Shown here piece after piece: positions 62,344 through 64,000 of a stretch of DNA of 64,000 nucleotides; within the stretch, counting starts at the first letter, position 1; each line of letters begins with the position of its first letter. Source of the DNA: a virus. The translations under genes and the position numbers were made by a program. The notes beneath the pieces are model-generated. The model was given only the letters and a program-made list of their open reading frames with translations, did not search any database and had not been told where the DNA came from. Location: IMG/VR virus record IMGVR_UViG_3300031417_000380; one strand, given 5' to 3'.

Positions 62344-63684
62344 TCAGTCGCGCACGGTGACGGTGCTGCCGACCTGCAGGAACTCATAGACCCACTTGGA
62401 GTCATCTACCGGAAGATTCACGCAGCCGTGGCTCATGTTAGAAGTCGGGTTACCGAAGTTGTTGTGCCAGTAGGCTCCGTGGAAGCCCTGATCGCCGTTG
62501 AAGTAGGAAACGTACGGCACGTTAGCGGTGCAGTAGTCGAATGATCCACCCGGACGGAAAGCTCCGGAGGGAGTACACGAACCCATGTTCTGGCTCGTAA
62601 GCTGAGTGTAGACCTTAAATGTACCGGTCTGCGTGTCGTGCCCTGCCTTACCGATGGCGACCGGGATACGCTTAACCTCTTGAGTGTTCTCGTAGAAGTA
62701 GGCGTAGTGGTCCGACTTATCAACGACAGCGGTACGAAGAAGCATCTTCGGCTTGTGCTTGTCGGCTTTACCGGGCACCTCAACACGATCCGTCGGCTTG
62801 TCGCTCACCGCGCCTTTAACAGCATCTGAAAGCTGTTTCGCGATCTCCTCTTTAGAGCCAGGCTTGAAACCGTCTTGAGAAGCCTTCAGCACCTTAAGTG
62901 ATTCGCCCTCGTTGCCGGAGATCTCCTCACCGTCCACGCGATCACGCTTGAGCGATGTACTGTACTCTGCGGCGAGAGCATTAATCGCTTCAGCCTTCGG
63001 CTCAAGCGTGAGCTTCCCATCCTCGTTCTTCACCGTAGCAAGCTTCGCAAGATCAGCGCTACCGAGAGTAGCGAACTTGGTCTCACCGCCGTAAACTCCC
63101 ACCGCTGCGCTGTTAAGTCGATCCGCTGCAGCCTGCGCAGTAGCTGTGGTGATCTGTGGCTCGCTGTCAGTGAGCTTTAAGTCGAGCTCCTTGTCGCCCT
63201 TGTCCAGAGCTTCCTTGAGCTTCGCGGTGAGATCGGCTGAAAGTTTACGCCCGTTCTCGCCAGGAGCCACGCGCCAACCGCCGTCGTAGTTCACGACAGC
63301 GTTCTTCGGAGCGTTGAACCCCTCGATCTTCGAGAGTGACTGCTGCTCTTGCTTTACGTCTGTCTTGAGCTCTACCTTGTAGTCGCGATTCCAATCGGTG
63401 AACGACCAGGCGCGGGGCGCTGTAGGAAGCTCTTTAGCCGTGACGCCGAGCTCGCCGGCAGTGAACTTCTGTCTGTCTACCGTGACGGGGAAACTCTTGA
63501 GAGCGTTCTCAAAGCTTTTAGCCGGAGCATCCCCGCTTACACCGATCAGCGAGCCGTAGCCCTCAACAGTGGTGCCGGGCGCTCGCAGCACGGTAAGCCC
63601 AAGAGCACCGACGACGAGAACGCCGGCGACGATCCCGGCGGGAAGCTTAAGTTTCGAGGTGTTAACCATGGGATGGACCTCCAA
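62344..63684 (-). CDS. L,D-transpeptidase (YkuD) with N-terminal TM and VanW/PG-binding-like region
   Basis: GFHGAYWH..SHGCVNLP catalytic motif; VAIGK..TQTG.F.V. Confidence 0.9.
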   Translation of the reverse strand: MEVHPMVNTSKLKLPAGIVAGVLVVGALGLTVLRAPGTTVEGYGSLIGVSGDAPAKSFENALKSFPVTVDRQKFTAGELGVTAKELPTAPRAWSFTDWNRDYKVELKTDVKQEQQSLSKIEGFNAPKNAVVNYDGGWRVAPGENGRKLSADLTAKLKEALDKGDKELDLKLTDSEPQITTATAQAAADRLNSAAVGVYGGETKFATLGSADLAKLATVKNEDGKLTLEPKAEAINALAAEYSTSLKRDRVDGEEISGNEGESLKVLKASQDGFKPGSKEEIAKQLSDAVKGAVSDKPTDRVEVPGKADKHKPKMLLRTAVVDKSDHYAYFYENTQEVKRIPVAIGKAGHDTQTGTFKVYTQLTSQNMGSCTPSGAFRPGGSFDYCTANVPYVSYFNGDQGFHGAYWHNNFGNPTSNMSHGCVNLPVDDSKWVYEFLQVGSTVTVRD

Positions 63685-63783
63685 TAGGAGCCACTATCAG
63701 CGTGAGAGGTGCAGTACCTAGTATTCTACCAATCGACTTAGCCGTTGCGTAACGATTCGGTACGATCATAGCGTGGTGCAGAT

Positions 63784-64000
63784 ATGCTGAGTCGAAGCGA
63801 GCGGGTAGCCCGTCATCGAGGAACGGCTGAAGAGATCGAGCGATTCCTTGCCGATGGGCAGCCGCAAACGGTCACGCTAGTGCTCTACGTCGTAGGGCTG
63901 CGATGTGGCCTTATAGCTGACGATGTGGCGCCGACTCTCAGCACGCTCCATGCTCGTGGTGTTGTAACCATCGACTTCGTCCACAACCTCGTGAAGCTGT
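63784..64000 (+). CDS. partial ORF running off the window end
   Basis: Open from ATG 63784 for 72 codons. Confidence 0.45.
   Translation, partial: MLSRSERVARHRGTAEEIERFLADGQPQTVTLVLYVVGLRCGLIADDVAPTLSTLHARGVVTIDFVHNLVKL

Noticed and set aside
1-64000. CRISPR array, IS/transposase, integrase, rRNA or canonical tRNA
   Set aside because: I found no regularly spaced repeats, DDE or tyrosine-recombinase motifs, or full cloverleaf by eye; a tRNAscan run is still advisable.

Overview
Gene-dense (~120 CDS, mostly under 300 aa) accessory region, GC roughly 55-60% by eye, most likely from a very large actinobacterial mobile element (jumbo phage or giant plasmid, Micrococcales-like host). There are no capsid, replication, rRNA, transposase or CRISPR hallmarks in the window, so phage versus plasmid cannot be settled here. 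Recognisable genes are few: arginyl-tRNA synthetase (argS), endonuclease IV (nfo), a macrodomain, an HNH nuclease, a NERD-like nuclease, an AAA+ ATPase, vWA, DUF4031, HAD and NDT-like enzymes, a DHA2-type MFS transporter, an L,D-transpeptidase and two lipoproteins. The dominant unexplained signal is paralog expansion: about 11 families covering about 44 genes. The largest is a 12-member family of 230-320 aa proteins with no recognisable domain (42.6-58.3 kb, all on the minus strand). Others include a 5-gene membrane-protein array sharing an N-terminal MIxFQxAP motif, four GFHAY/Zn-finger proteins, 3-5 helical proteins and four Rv2175c-like DNA-binding domains. The region is organised as short cassettes: a strong inverted-repeat terminator followed at once by a SigA-type promoter (TTGnnn-N16/17-TAnnnT), often with the start codon 6-7 nt downstream (leaderless). 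AGCT appears about 3-fold over-represented in two hand-counted windows. All family assignments come from motifs read by eye; no database searches were run.
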